From Candidatus Latescibacterota bacterium (lineage in GTDB: Bacteria; Latescibacterota; UBA2968; UBA8231): a stretch of DNA of 64,000 bases. The stretch spans positions 4,992,001 to 5,056,000 of the forward strand of contig OZ242005.1 of NCBI GenBank assembly GCA_965204725.1, written 5' to 3'. A program made the position numbers and the translations under genes. Of this stretch, positions 19,987 through 29,590 are shown in pieces. The notes under the pieces are model-generated. The model was not told the DNA's origin. It did no database searches and worked only from the letters and a program-made list of their open reading frames with translations. Each line of letters opens with the position of its first letter. The first letter of the stretch is position 1.

Positions 19987-19988
19987 TG

Positions 19989-20579
19989 CTAGCACACCAG
20001 CGCGAGCAGCTCGGCGTGGCTTTGGACGCGGAAGTCGGCTTCGGCAGTCCAGAGGTCCTGACCAGCAGCGTCGTAATAGAGGGTGGTGACCCCGGCGCGG
20101 CGACCAGCTTCGAGGTCGTAGCGGAAGTCGCCGACCATCACGGCGGTTGCTGGCGCAGCACCCCAAGCGGCGAGCAGCTTGCGGATGCCATCGGGGTCGG
20201 GCTTGGGAGCGGCTTCGTCGCGGCCTAAGACGTGGGCGGGGTCAAAGAATTTGGCGAGGTCGCAGACAGCCAGCGTCTGCAAAGCATTGGCGTGGCTGTT
20301 GCGGGTGAGGATGCCGAGCCGGGCACTGCGCTCGACCAGTGAGGTCAGCAGCGCGTGGGCACCGGGTAGGGGGCGGGCGTGGAGCGCGTATTCGCGTTCG
20401 ATCTCGGCAAGGCGGCGTCTGAGCACGGTCGCTTCGGCGGTGGGGCGGGTGCTGATCGCGGCGAGGATATCTTGGTCCAAAGGCAGGCCCAACTGCTGGC
20501 GCATAGCGTTGAAGTCAATGGCACTGTCGGCGAGGGTGTTGTCGAGATCGAAAATCCAGTGGGTGAAGTTCACGAGCAT
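19989..20579 (-). CDS. HAD family hydrolase
   Basis: FDLDNTL, LTRN, KPDPDG, MVGDFRYD. Confidence 0.9.
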   Translation of the reverse strand: MLVNFTHWIFDLDNTLADSAIDFNAMRQQLGLPLDQDILAAISTRPTAEATVLRRRLAEIEREYALHARPLPGAHALLTSLVERSARLGILTRNSHANALQTLAVCDLAKFFDPAHVLGRDEAAPKPDPDGIRKLLAAWGAAPATAVMVGDFRYDLEAGRRAGVTTLYYDAAGQDLWTAEADFRVQSHAELLALVC

Positions 20580-20677
20580 TTTCTGCAAGTTTTGTGTCGT
20601 TTTGGCGAGATTTGGTGAAAGGGGCTACTTTGCCAGCACTTCGCTAAAGATTCGTTGTTTTGGGGCCTTGTGTTTTT

Positions 20678-20705
20678 CTGGATTCCCGCGTTCGCGGGAA
20701 TGACG
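20678..20705. repeat. ATTCCC-N8-GGGAAT palindromic repeat (dRS3/RPE-like); may act as terminator
   Basis: CTGGATTCCCGCGTTCGCGGGAATGACG; second copy at 63356-63383. Confidence 0.8.
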
Positions 20706-20740
20706 ATTAGTGGGCACGACGGTTGTGTTGGAATGACGGG

Positions 20741-21745
20741 TTACAGCGTCCCGCGCTCGGCAAAAGGAGTCCAGCCTCGGCCGGGTTTGTGGACGGGGGT
20801 GCGCTCGTAGCGGGTGCGGATTTCCTTGAATTCGGCGATGTTGGTGACTTCGCGCTCTGGGTTTTGCATGTCTTTGATGACAAAATCTCCTTCTGTAGGT
20901 AAGCAGGCCATGGTGACTGGGTCGCGTTCCGGGCGAAAGTCTTTGGGGTCTTCGTCAATGTTGTTGGGGACCTCGGCGTCTTGGTAGCGCAGATCGACGC
21001 TCCAGCGCACGACGTCGGTGTTGTTCTCAAAGGAGGCGTGGGGGGTGAGGTTGGTCATAAAGAGCACCGATCCGGCGCGCATTGGGCAGGCCACAGGCTC
21101 GGGGGTCGGCAAGTCTTCGCCGGCGATTTCGAGATACCCGCCTTGCCCGCCGGTGTAGTGGCGATAGACGCCGCTACGGTGCGCTCTGGGGATGACGTAC
21201 AGGCAGCCGTTTTCAATGGTCGCATCGACGAGGGGAATCCAACAGGTCACGATCAAGCTCTGGTCGCAGTGAGGCATGAAATACCCCGAATCTTGGTGCC
21301 ACGGCACGGCCCCGCGCGAGTAGCCGGGGGCCTTGGGGCGGATGCGATATACGGACGAGCCAATGATGTTGGGGCCGACGAGGCTTTCGATACAGGACAC
21401 GAGCGGCGGGTGGCGCAAAAACCCGAGAATGGCCTGTTCTTTGAAGCCGCCGCCACCGCGCCCCATGATCGCTTGCGTCACGCGCTCGCCGACTGCGACG
21501 TTGGCTTTGAAGAGGGTACCGAGGCGGGTTGCAAAGGGTTCGGCGGCAAAGGTTTCCGCGCCGAGCAGCCCTTCTTCTTGCAGGGCGGCACACGTCTGGT
21601 CAATGACGGCGGTGAGGCCGTCCTTGAGAGGTTGCAGATCGGCTGGGGCGTAGAGGTCTTCCTTGACTACGTAGCCGAGGTCGTGGAATTGCTGGCGTTT
21701 GGCAGGGGTTAGGCCCATGACATGCTCCGGGAGAAAGGTCGCCAA
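20741..21745 (-). CDS. Phytanoyl-CoA dioxygenase (PhyH) family protein
   Basis: WHQDSGY, CWIPLVDATIENGCL, TPHASFEN, RWSVDLRY. Confidence 0.88.
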   Translation of the reverse strand: MATFLPEHVMGLTPAKRQQFHDLGYVVKEDLYAPADLQPLKDGLTAVIDQTCAALQEEGLLGAETFAAEPFATRLGTLFKANVAVGERVTQAIMGRGGGGFKEQAILGFLRHPPLVSCIESLVGPNIIGSSVYRIRPKAPGYSRGAVPWHQDSGYFMPHCDQSLIVTCWIPLVDATIENGCLYVIPRAHRSGVYRHYTGGQGGYLEIAGEDLPTPEPVACPMRAGSVLFMTNLTPHASFENNTDVVRWSVDLRYQDAEVPNNIDEDPKDFRPERDPVTMACLPTEGDFVIKDMQNPEREVTNIAEFKEIRTRYERTPVHKPGRGWTPFAERGTL

Positions 21746-21766
21746 AGGGTATCCCCCCGGTCCGTT

Positions 21767-22975
21767 CTAGTCAATGGCATCCCTCAGCAGTATGCTTCTC
21801 GCGGCCTCAGTCTCAGACGCGAACATAAGCGCTGCGGCACTATCCGCCCGCCCGGCGGCCGCTGCTTGCTGGCGAAGCTGGTATAGCGCGATGGGCAGCC
21901 GCAGGTCTGCTGCGCTATACGAAAAAGTCCTTCCGGCTTGCTTTTTGCGGTAGCTCTGTATCGCTTCGAGATAGCGATAGCCGAACTCCGCGGTCGGCTC
22001 GATTATGGTGCCCTCGCCGTAATCGTTCCAAGTGACAATCTGGATCAGCGACGCGCTTTCCCCAGCGCGTTCTAGCGTCTCGGCAAAAACCGCGCCCTCT
22101 TGGTCGTCGAGATAACCATAGCTTTCGCGCACACCAGCCTCTGAGTAGATGTCGTGGAACTTGGGAAACGCCGTGCCAATGCCGCCCTTTTCGTAGAGCT
22201 GGCTCAGGTAAGCGCGCCAAGCGGCCGGAGGCACGACGCGGCCGTCGTGTACTGGCGGCCAGCCGAATACCCCGTCGGCTCCTTCTTGGAGCGAGTTCAG
22301 GGTGTAGAAGTACGGAGGTTGCGGCAAGCCCGAAAACAGCTCCTTCCACGACGCCCCCTTGAAGTACTGCGGACCGAATACGAGAAGCAGGGGGCGGCCC
22401 GCGATCTTGGCGTATTCGTCGGCGACGAACCAGTGGTCCTGCATCCAGCGCAAGACATCTTGGCCGTGGCTAAGGGCTTGGCTCTCGCGGAGAACCCCAT
22501 CGTTGACGAGGTGCTTTACCGTTTGGTCTTCGTAACATATTGCAAAGCTCAATCCGGCCTTCTTGATATATGCGATTAGGTGGTTTGTGTTGCGGTGGAT
22601 CGCGGCGTAATCGCGGTGATCTTCGATGCCGTACCAGTCGATGATCGCGCCGTCGATACCTGCGAACTTCATAAGCAGGACGTGACATTCCAAGACGTGG
22701 GGGTCGTTTGAATCATACGGCCCGATCAATGGGTAGTAATGAGAGGCTATTTCGCGGCGACCGTCGTCGGTGATGGTGTTGGGATCAAAGTGATTCATCG
22801 TCCAGTGCCAACCCCACTCGCCGCTGGCCGGTTTCGCCGCATACCAAGGCATGTAGTGAACCATTATTTGGGGGCTTACCGTAGATAGCGGCTGAATGCC
22901 CGGGCTGACGAGGCTTTCGACGCAGGACAGGGACACACAGCACAGGGCGATGGGCAGGAGGCGTTTCATTATCAA
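21767..22975 (-). CDS. Glycoside hydrolase family 71/99-like lipoprotein
   Basis: Lipoprotein-like signal; VHYMPWY, SHYYPLIGPYDSND, TWNDYGEGTIIEP. Confidence 0.8.
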   Translation of the reverse strand: MIMKRLLPIALCCVSLSCVESLVSPGIQPLSTVSPQIMVHYMPWYAAKPASGEWGWHWTMNHFDPNTITDDGRREIASHYYPLIGPYDSNDPHVLECHVLLMKFAGIDGAIIDWYGIEDHRDYAAIHRNTNHLIAYIKKAGLSFAICYEDQTVKHLVNDGVLRESQALSHGQDVLRWMQDHWFVADEYAKIAGRPLLLVFGPQYFKGASWKELFSGLPQPPYFYTLNSLQEGADGVFGWPPVHDGRVVPPAAWRAYLSQLYEKGGIGTAFPKFHDIYSEAGVRESYGYLDDQEGAVFAETLERAGESASLIQIVTWNDYGEGTIIEPTAEFGYRYLEAIQSYRKKQAGRTFSYSAADLRLPIALYQLRQQAAAAGRADSAAALMFASETEAARSILLRDAID

Positions 22976-22984
22976 GGGTTTGGG

Positions 22985-23045
22985 AGCGGTCTAAAAACCC
23001 ACCTTGGGGCGTGTTGAACAAGCCGTAGAGACGGTCGCCGTCATT
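22985..23045 (-). repeat. Partial copy of the MITE at 63304-63440
   Basis: agcggtctaaaaacccaccttggggcgtgttgaacaagccgtagagacgg...ccgtcatt is the near reverse complement of 63377-63437. Confidence 0.8.
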
Positions 23046-23244
23046 ATGTATGTTGCGTATTCCTTTCGGATTGGCCACTCTGAAAGGCAAGCGTGAGGGG
23101 CGCGTCGTCCGTCATTGGGTGAGCCGGCACGTCCGTGTCGCCGGCACCGTGCGGGAGTAAGACAGCCCTCACGCTTGGTTGTCGCTCCGAACCGATATAA
23201 GGGCACAAGGCCCGTATTACCAAGTGTAGAGGACAGCACCATGA

Positions 23245-23540
23245 TAACTATAATGGTGCTAGTAGTTGACCGTGGCCTAGGTAGTTCCTACGCTGAGGTG
23301 TCCCCGTAAAACATGGAGCGAGCGGATGGTCCTTGAGACGGTCTTTTCCATGCTCACCCGAATCAGCCGATTTAAGCAGCAGACCCATCGAGCCTGGGCG
23401 TATTTCACCGCTCATCTCAGCTTGGCCATGGCCGCCTTCAATCTGCTGGCGCAGTGGCAGGGAGTACAGCCGGATAAAAACGGATGCGTCGCGTTGTCTA
23501 TCGCGGAGTTCGGATTATAAAACACTAGCACCATTGGTTA
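23245..23540 (+). mobile_element. Internally deleted IS (IS982-like ends) retaining the 3' end of a DDE transposase
   Basis: Inverted ends AATGGTGCTAG (23252) and CTAGCACCATT (23525); ORF fragment 23326-23520 (RMVLETVFSML...LSIAEFGL). Confidence 0.6.
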
Positions 23541-23544
23541 TATC

Positions 23545-24732
23545 ATGCCTTGGTACAGACCCTCTCTACTCCTGCTGGCGATTGCCGGCTGTGGACAAGC
23601 ACCCGAGCCAACCCCCGAAGTACAGGGCGACCGCTCGATGCGCGCTGGCTACTACGGAGAAGCGGCCGGCCACTACCTGCACGCCGTTGACCAGCACACC
23701 AAATCGCCGGTGCTCTACCGCAAGCTAGCCGAGGCGCATGCGAAAAACGAGGACCTGTCGTCCGCTGTCCGCGCATACGAGCAGGCCATTGCCCTCGCGC
23801 CGAGCCACGCCAAGACGCGGACCGAATTGGCCATTCTGTTTACGCGCCTCAATCGCTACGAGGACGCCTTCGCCTTGCTCGAACAGACGGTGCGCGAGCA
23901 GCCCGAGCGCGCCCGGGCGAACATGGTGCTGGGGTTGCTGCACGCCCGCGAGGGACGCTACCCAGCCGCGATTGCCGCCTATCAGCGCGCCCTTGCCGCC
24001 GTGCCCAACTACGGGGAGGCGTGGTTCAACCTCGGCGAAGCCTATCTCAAGCAAAACGACTACGCGGCCGCCGAGCAAGCCTTTGGCCGCGCCGTGGCCG
24101 CCGATACGACCTCGGCCCGATTTCGCAATGGCTTGGGGCGCAGCTTGTACCTCCGGAGAGACTACGCCGCGGCCGCGGCCGAATGTAGCCGCGCCGTGCG
24201 GCTAGACTCGCTTTTTGCCCGAGCACACTTCAACCTCGGCAACGCCTTGCTGCGCTCCGGGCAGCAGGACGAGGGACGACGCCATCTAGCGCTCTACAAA
24301 CGGCTCGAAGAAGAGGAAGATCGGATCGCCATGCTAAAAAACACCCTAGCAACGCACCCCGACGCCGCCGGGGCTTACCACGACTTGGCCGTTGTGTACG
24401 GGCAGCGCGGCCAATACCAAGAAGCGCGCCTCCGCTATCTCCAAGCCCTCGACCGCGACCCTGCTTTCGCGCCCGCTCACCACAACCTCGGCAACATCCA
24501 CTTCCGCCGGGGGGCCATCGCGGCGGCCGAGCAGCGGTTTCGCCAAGCCTTGCAGGCCGATTCCACGTATGTCCTCTCGCACTTGGGATTGGGCAATGTC
24601 TATATGCTGCGCAAGCAATACGAGCGCGCCATGGCCTCCTTCCGCCGGGGCCTGCGCCACCAGCCCAACCACCCCAAGCTCCGCCGCAATCTCGCCGCGG
24701 CCGAGCAAATCGCCGCGCAGGTTGGCCGATGA
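23545..24732 (+). CDS. TPR-repeat lipoprotein
   Basis: Lipobox IAGC; multiple TPRs (AWFNLG, AHFNLG, AHHNLG). Confidence 0.88.
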   Translation: MPWYRPSLLLLAIAGCGQAPEPTPEVQGDRSMRAGYYGEAAGHYLHAVDQHTKSPVLYRKLAEAHAKNEDLSSAVRAYEQAIALAPSHAKTRTELAILFTRLNRYEDAFALLEQTVREQPERARANMVLGLLHAREGRYPAAIAAYQRALAAVPNYGEAWFNLGEAYLKQNDYAAAEQAFGRAVAADTTSARFRNGLGRSLYLRRDYAAAAAECSRAVRLDSLFARAHFNLGNALLRSGQQDEGRRHLALYKRLEEEEDRIAMLKNTLATHPDAAGAYHDLAVVYGQRGQYQEARLRYLQALDRDPAFAPAHHNLGNIHFRRGAIAAAEQRFRQALQADSTYVLSHLGLGNVYMLRKQYERAMASFRRGLRHQPNHPKLRRNLAAAEQIAAQVGR

Positions 24733-26369
24733 TGCCGCGCACCTTGCCGCTGTGGGCTAGCGTAGTATGCGCCGCCGTCGCCGCGGCCGGGCCGGCCCCG
24801 CAATTTGTGGAGATCACCGCGGAAGCGGGCCTAGATTTTCGCTATGTCAACGGGGCTAGCGGCCACAAGTACATGGTGGAAGCTGTCGGCTCGGGCGCGG
24901 CCTTTTTCGATGGCGACGGCGACGGGTGGCTCGACCTGTACATCGTCAATGGCGCCCCCCTGCCCGGGTATCGCGGCCCGGCCCGGCCCAACGCGCACTA
25001 TCGCAACCAACGAGACGGAACCTTTGCCGATGTCACGACCGCGGCGGGTACGGGCGACGCCGGCTTCGGCATGGGCGCGGCCGTCGGCGACTACGACAAC
25101 GACGGCCATGCGGATCTATATGTGACCAATTACGGAGCGAATGTGTTGTACCGGAACGAAGGGGCCGGCGTTTTCGCCGACGTCACGGCTGAGACTGCGG
25201 TCGGAGATTTAGGGTGGGGAACGCATGCGGCTTTTGTCGATTACGACCGCGATGGCGATTTGGATCTATACGCGGCCAATTACATGGAATTCGACCCGGC
25301 CCACAACGAGGAGTGTTTTGCCGGCACGGCGCGCATTTACTGCGGCCCCAATACGTACCCTGGGCAGGCGGGTGTGCTCTACCGCAACGACGGGGGTAGC
25401 CGCTTTGCCGACGTGACCGCTTCCGCCGGCCTGCGCCTCGATTCGGGGCGGCAGCTCGCCGCGGTATTCGGCGATTTTGACAACGACGGCGACTCCGATT
25501 TGTTCGTCGCCAACGACAAGCGACCCAACTTTCTCTTCCGCAACAACGGGGATGGAACCTTTAGCGAAAACGGCGCGGAGGCCGGGGTGGCGTACAACGA
25601 AGAAGGGTTGGCCGAGTCGGCCATGGGGGCCGATTGGGGCGACTACGACAACGACGGGTTCCTCGACATTATTGTCGCGACCTTTCAGTGGCTGCCCAAC
25701 ACGCTCTACCGCAACGAGGGCGATGGATTTTTCACCGATGTCACGTTTGCGGCCAACCTCGGCGTACCCAGCGTGCCGTATTTAGGCATGACGTCCGCCT
25801 TTCTCGACTACGACAACGACGGGTTCCTCGATGTGTTCGTCAGCAATGGGCACCTCGACGAGAATGTGGAAGAATACGACCCAGCCACCACGTATCCCCA
25901 GCGCAACCAACTCTTCCGCAACCGGGGCGACGGCTCGTTTGCCGAAGTGACTGAGCTAAGCGGCCCGGGGCTGTTGGTCGAGCGCGTCAGCCACGGCGCG
26001 GTGTTTGGCGACTGCGACAACGATGGCGACGTAGATATATTCGTCTCGGACTCGGCCGCCCCGCATTGCACTCTGCTGCGCAACGACGGCGGCAATGCCA
26101 ACCACTTTCTGACGATTGAGGCCATTGGCACCGCGAGCAATCGCGATGGCTTGGGCGCGCGCGTCCGCGCCGTGGCCGGCGACTTGGTACAGACGCGGGA
26201 AATCCGCCGCAGCTACGGCTACATGGGCTCCAACGATGTGCGCCTGACCCTTGGCTTGGGCCACCGCCCGCAGGTAGATACGCTGCAAGTCCATTGGCCC
26301 AGCGGCGCGGTGCAAACGCTGGTGGGCGTAAAGGCCGATCAGCACCTCGTGGTGCGGGAGGCTCGTTGA
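24729..26369 (+). CDS. CRTAC1 family protein (FG-GAP/VCBS repeats plus ASPIC/UnbV)
   Basis: Repeated DYDNDG..D motifs; SNRDGLGARV; LQVHWPSG. Confidence 0.92.
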   Translation: MMPRTLPLWASVVCAAVAAAGPAPQFVEITAEAGLDFRYVNGASGHKYMVEAVGSGAAFFDGDGDGWLDLYIVNGAPLPGYRGPARPNAHYRNQRDGTFADVTTAAGTGDAGFGMGAAVGDYDNDGHADLYVTNYGANVLYRNEGAGVFADVTAETAVGDLGWGTHAAFVDYDRDGDLDLYAANYMEFDPAHNEECFAGTARIYCGPNTYPGQAGVLYRNDGGSRFADVTASAGLRLDSGRQLAAVFGDFDNDGDSDLFVANDKRPNFLFRNNGDGTFSENGAEAGVAYNEEGLAESAMGADWGDYDNDGFLDIIVATFQWLPNTLYRNEGDGFFTDVTFAANLGVPSVPYLGMTSAFLDYDNDGFLDVFVSNGHLDENVEEYDPATTYPQRNQLFRNRGDGSFAEVTELSGPGLLVERVSHGAVFGDCDNDGDVDIFVSDSAAPHCTLLRNDGGNANHFLTIEAIGTASNRDGLGARVRAVAGDLVQTREIRRSYGYMGSNDVRLTLGLGHRPQVDTLQVHWPSGAVQTLVGVKADQHLVVREAR

Positions 26370-26461
26370 GGAGGTTGGGGCGTTTTGACGCTAGCGGACT
26401 GTTGGGCGATAATTTGGGCCTGATAAGCGGTCGCACTACGGACAAAAAAAGGAAAAAGGCC

Positions 26462-26758
26462 ATGCACTTCATAGTATCGTGGGATATAAATGCCGAAGGC
26501 GAGGAGTGGGATGTGCTCAACGCTCAGCTAAAAGAGTGCATAGAAAACTATTCTTGGGCGCGCCCACTTAGCACTTTTTACGTCGTTAGAGTATCTGCTC
26601 CGCAAGAATGGCAAGAAATTACGAAAGACCTGATAAAAGTAGCCGAGGGTTCTCCAATTAGGATACATCTCGTCATTGGCCCTTTAATGTCTGGAGGTCA
26701 ATACGATGGCTATCTTCCCAAAGACTTTTGGCCAGAACTAGAAAAGAGAATAGCCTAA
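26462..26758 (+). CDS. Small Cas2/SinR-like ferredoxin-fold protein
   Basis: MHFIVSWDI N-terminal strand, WARPLSTFYVV; AT-richer. Confidence 0.55.
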   Translation: MHFIVSWDINAEGEEWDVLNAQLKECIENYSWARPLSTFYVVRVSAPQEWQEITKDLIKVAEGSPIRIHLVIGPLMSGGQYDGYLPKDFWPELEKRIA

Positions 26759-27093
26759 TGGGAGAACCCGCAAAGCACGTTGAGGCTGACTTCGACTCGC
26801 CTACGCCACTTGCCAGAACAACCGTAGTGGTTTCCGTGCCGCAGACCCTTGAAATAGAGTTGGTGGACTCGTCTGTCCTCAAGGACTATGAGATTTGGTC
26901 TATTCAATCTGCTACACTTCTCAGTATCCTCGTAGGCATCGCCATGGCAATGATACAATCTGGCAGGTCTTCTGCATTGGACGTTTTTGGCTTCGTATTC
27001 CTCGTTTGGTTTGGGTTCAGTTTGGCATACGCCATTAAGAAGCGAAACCAATTGAAGCGCAATGTGACAAGCATACCGTTTGTCCCCAAGTAG
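26758..27093 (+). CDS. Small two-TM membrane protein
   Basis: TAATG translational coupling to the upstream gene; two hydrophobic segments and a basic C-tail. Confidence 0.6.
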   Translation: MGEPAKHVEADFDSPTPLARTTVVVSVPQTLEIELVDSSVLKDYEIWSIQSATLLSILVGIAMAMIQSGRSSALDVFGFVFLVWFGFSLAYAIKKRNQLKRNVTSIPFVPK

Positions 27094-27149
27094 CACCTTA
27101 TGGTGCGGGAGGCTCGTTAATTTGGGCCTGAGCAGTGGAATAGTCGCAA

Positions 27150-29525
27150 ATGACAGGCGCAGTCATCTTGGGTGTGCAGAAGCGGACCTTCCGCGATCAG
27201 GACCCGGTCAACATCGCAGCGTCCGAGCGCGTCGGCCATCTCCACGATGCACTGGCGGCCTCCGGCTACACCGGCCACGACCTCCAGCAGTTCCTCGTCC
27301 GCATGGTCTTTTGCTTCTTTGCCGACGACACCGGCATCTTTGAGCCGCGCGACATTTTCCTCGACTTGTTGGAAAACCGGACGCGGGACGACGGCTCCGA
27401 CCTCGGCGGTTGGCTGGCGCAGCTATTTCAAGTCCTCAATACCCCGGACGACTGCCGCTCCAAGAACCTCGACGACGACTTCGCTCGCTTTCCCTACGTC
27501 AACGGCGACTTGTTCCGCGATCCCCTGCTCATTCCCTCGTTCAACCCCGACATGCGCCAGCGGCTGATTGACGCTTGTAGCTTCAATTGGTCCGACATTT
27601 CCCCGGCGATTTTTGGCTCGCTCTTTCAGGCGGTGATGGACAAAGACCAGCGCCGCGCTCAAGGTGCTCATTACACCACGGAAAAGAACATACTCAAGGT
27701 CATTGAGCCGCTTTTTCTCGACGAACTGCGCGGCGAGTTTCGCCGTCTGCAAGCTCGCCGCGACAGCCGCCGCATTCCCGAATTGATCGCCTTTCAGCAG
27801 CGGCTCGGCCAGTTGCGCTTTTTTGATCCGGCGTGTGGGTGCGGCAACTTTCTCATCATCGCCTACCGCGAATTGCGGGCCTTGGAAATCGAGATGCTCA
27901 AGGAGATTCGGCCGTACCGCCAGATCGATGCTTTTGCGGCGTTGTTATCGGCGGTCGATGTCGATCAGTTCTACGGCATTGAGTTGGGGGAGTTTCCGGC
28001 GCACATTGCCGAGGTCGCCTTGTGGATGATGGATCACATTATGAACAACCGGCTGAGTTTGGAGTTCGGCCAAACGTACACGCGCATTCCGCTGGCGAAG
28101 TCGCCGCACATTCGGCACGGCGACGCGCTGGAGATCGACTGGGGGGAAGTGTTGCCGCCAGCGGAGTGTTCCTACGTTTTGGGCAATCCGCCGTTTGTGG
28201 GGGCGAAATTCCAATCAACCGAACAGCGCGAACAGGTGCGGCGCATCGCCGCGCTGGGCAAGAGCGGCGGCACTCTCGACTATGTTACCGCGTGGTTTAT
28301 CAAGGCTGGCGAATACGCCAAGCAGGGCACCGTGCCCATCGGCTTTGTCGCGACCAATTCCATCACGCAGGGCGAACAGGTGGCGCAACTGTGGCCAATT
28401 TTGTTCGACCGTTGCGCGTTGGAAATCGCCTTTGCCCATCGCACGTTTGCATGGGGGTCGGACGCTCGCGGCATGGCGCATGTTCACGTCGTCATCGTCG
28501 GGTTGGCCAAGCGCAGCAACGTGCCAAAGGCGAAACGGCTGTTTTCCTACGACGACCCCAAAGGCGAGCCGAGCGAGAGCCAACACGCGGCCCTGTCGCC
28601 CTATCTATTCGACGCGGGGGGACTGGCCGACCCGCGCATTGTCGTAAAGGAAGCGGCCCAGCCTCTGAACGAATTGCCTAAGATGATTATGGGATCCCAG
28701 CCTATTGAGGGGGGATACTACATTTTTAACGCTGACCAACGCGCCGCCTTTTTGGACGAAGAACCGGGGGCCGAGCCGTATCTGCGGCCCTTTGTGGGGA
28801 GTCGCGAGTTTTTGCAGGGCGGCGAACGCTGGATACTGCGCTTAGCCGAGGTGCCGCCGCAAGTGCTCAGGACGCTGCCCAAAGTCCGCGAGCGCATCGC
28901 CGCTGTCCGCGCCTATCGGTTGGCGAGCAAGAGAAAATCGACCCGCGAACTCGCCGCGACGCCGATGCTCTACCAAGCTAACATCGTGCCGGACGCGCCG
29001 TTTCTGGTGGTGCCAGAAGTCAGTTCCGAGCGGCGGGATTACATCCCGATTGCATGGCTGGAGCCGCCGGTGATTCCGAGCAACAAGGTACGCATCCTGC
29101 CCAACGCCGAGCTTTGGCAGTTTGGCCTCCTTACATCTACAATGCACATGGCGTGGGTCAGAATTATCGGTGGGCGGTTGGAGAGCCGTTATTCCTACGG
29201 CATCGGCGTCATCTACAACACCTTCCCCCTGCCGCCCGTGCCCGCGAATCGCCTGCAACGCCTCGCGCCTTACGCCGACGCCATCCTCGCCGCCCGCGCC
29301 GCCCATCCCGACGCCACCCTGTCCGACCTCTACGACCCCGACCTCATGCCCGCCGACCTCCGCAAAGCACACCAAGCCCTCGACCGCGCCGTCGATAGGC
29401 TCTACCGCCGCACCGCCTTCCCCACCGACCGCGAGCGCGTCGAACACCTACTCGGCCTGTACGAAAAAATGCTGGTGCCGCTGACGGCCAAGCCCAAGCG
29501 GAGACGACGGCGATCACAGGGCTGA
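27150..29525 (+). CDS. MmeI/YeeA-type N6-adenine DNA methyltransferase, apparently lacking the N-terminal endonuclease domain
   Basis: GAHYTTEKNI, DPACGCGNFL, GNPPF, C-terminal TRD and LYDPDLMP; the ORF starts at the internal QKRTFRDQDPVN segment. Confidence 0.85.
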   Translation: MTGAVILGVQKRTFRDQDPVNIAASERVGHLHDALAASGYTGHDLQQFLVRMVFCFFADDTGIFEPRDIFLDLLENRTRDDGSDLGGWLAQLFQVLNTPDDCRSKNLDDDFARFPYVNGDLFRDPLLIPSFNPDMRQRLIDACSFNWSDISPAIFGSLFQAVMDKDQRRAQGAHYTTEKNILKVIEPLFLDELRGEFRRLQARRDSRRIPELIAFQQRLGQLRFFDPACGCGNFLIIAYRELRALEIEMLKEIRPYRQIDAFAALLSAVDVDQFYGIELGEFPAHIAEVALWMMDHIMNNRLSLEFGQTYTRIPLAKSPHIRHGDALEIDWGEVLPPAECSYVLGNPPFVGAKFQSTEQREQVRRIAALGKSGGTLDYVTAWFIKAGEYAKQGTVPIGFVATNSITQGEQVAQLWPILFDRCALEIAFAHRTFAWGSDARGMAHVHVVIVGLAKRSNVPKAKRLFSYDDPKGEPSESQHAALSPYLFDAGGLADPRIVVKEAAQPLNELPKMIMGSQPIEGGYYIFNADQRAAFLDEEPGAEPYLRPFVGSREFLQGGERWILRLAEVPPQVLRTLPKVRERIAAVRAYRLASKRKSTRELAATPMLYQANIVPDAPFLVVPEVSSERRDYIPIAWLEPPVIPSNKVRILPNAELWQFGLLTSTMHMAWVRIIGGRLESRYSYGIGVIYNTFPLPPVPANRLQRLAPYADAILAARAAHPDATLSDLYDPDLMPADLRKAHQALDRAVDRLYRRTAFPTDRERVEHLLGLYEKMLVPLTAKPKRRRRRSQG

Positions 29526-29590
29526 GACTATATTAGGGTTATATCCGATGCCTGATGAATGTCATACAATACTTTCACTGAAAGGGCTAT

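Noticed and set aside
26462-26758. Cas2-like protein as evidence of a CRISPR-Cas locus
   Set aside because: No repeat-spacer array, cas1 or other cas genes anywhere in the window
16665-27131. Small AT-rich cassettes as integron gene cassettes
   Set aside because: No attC-type RYYYAAC...GTTRRRY palindromes recognised and no integron integrase
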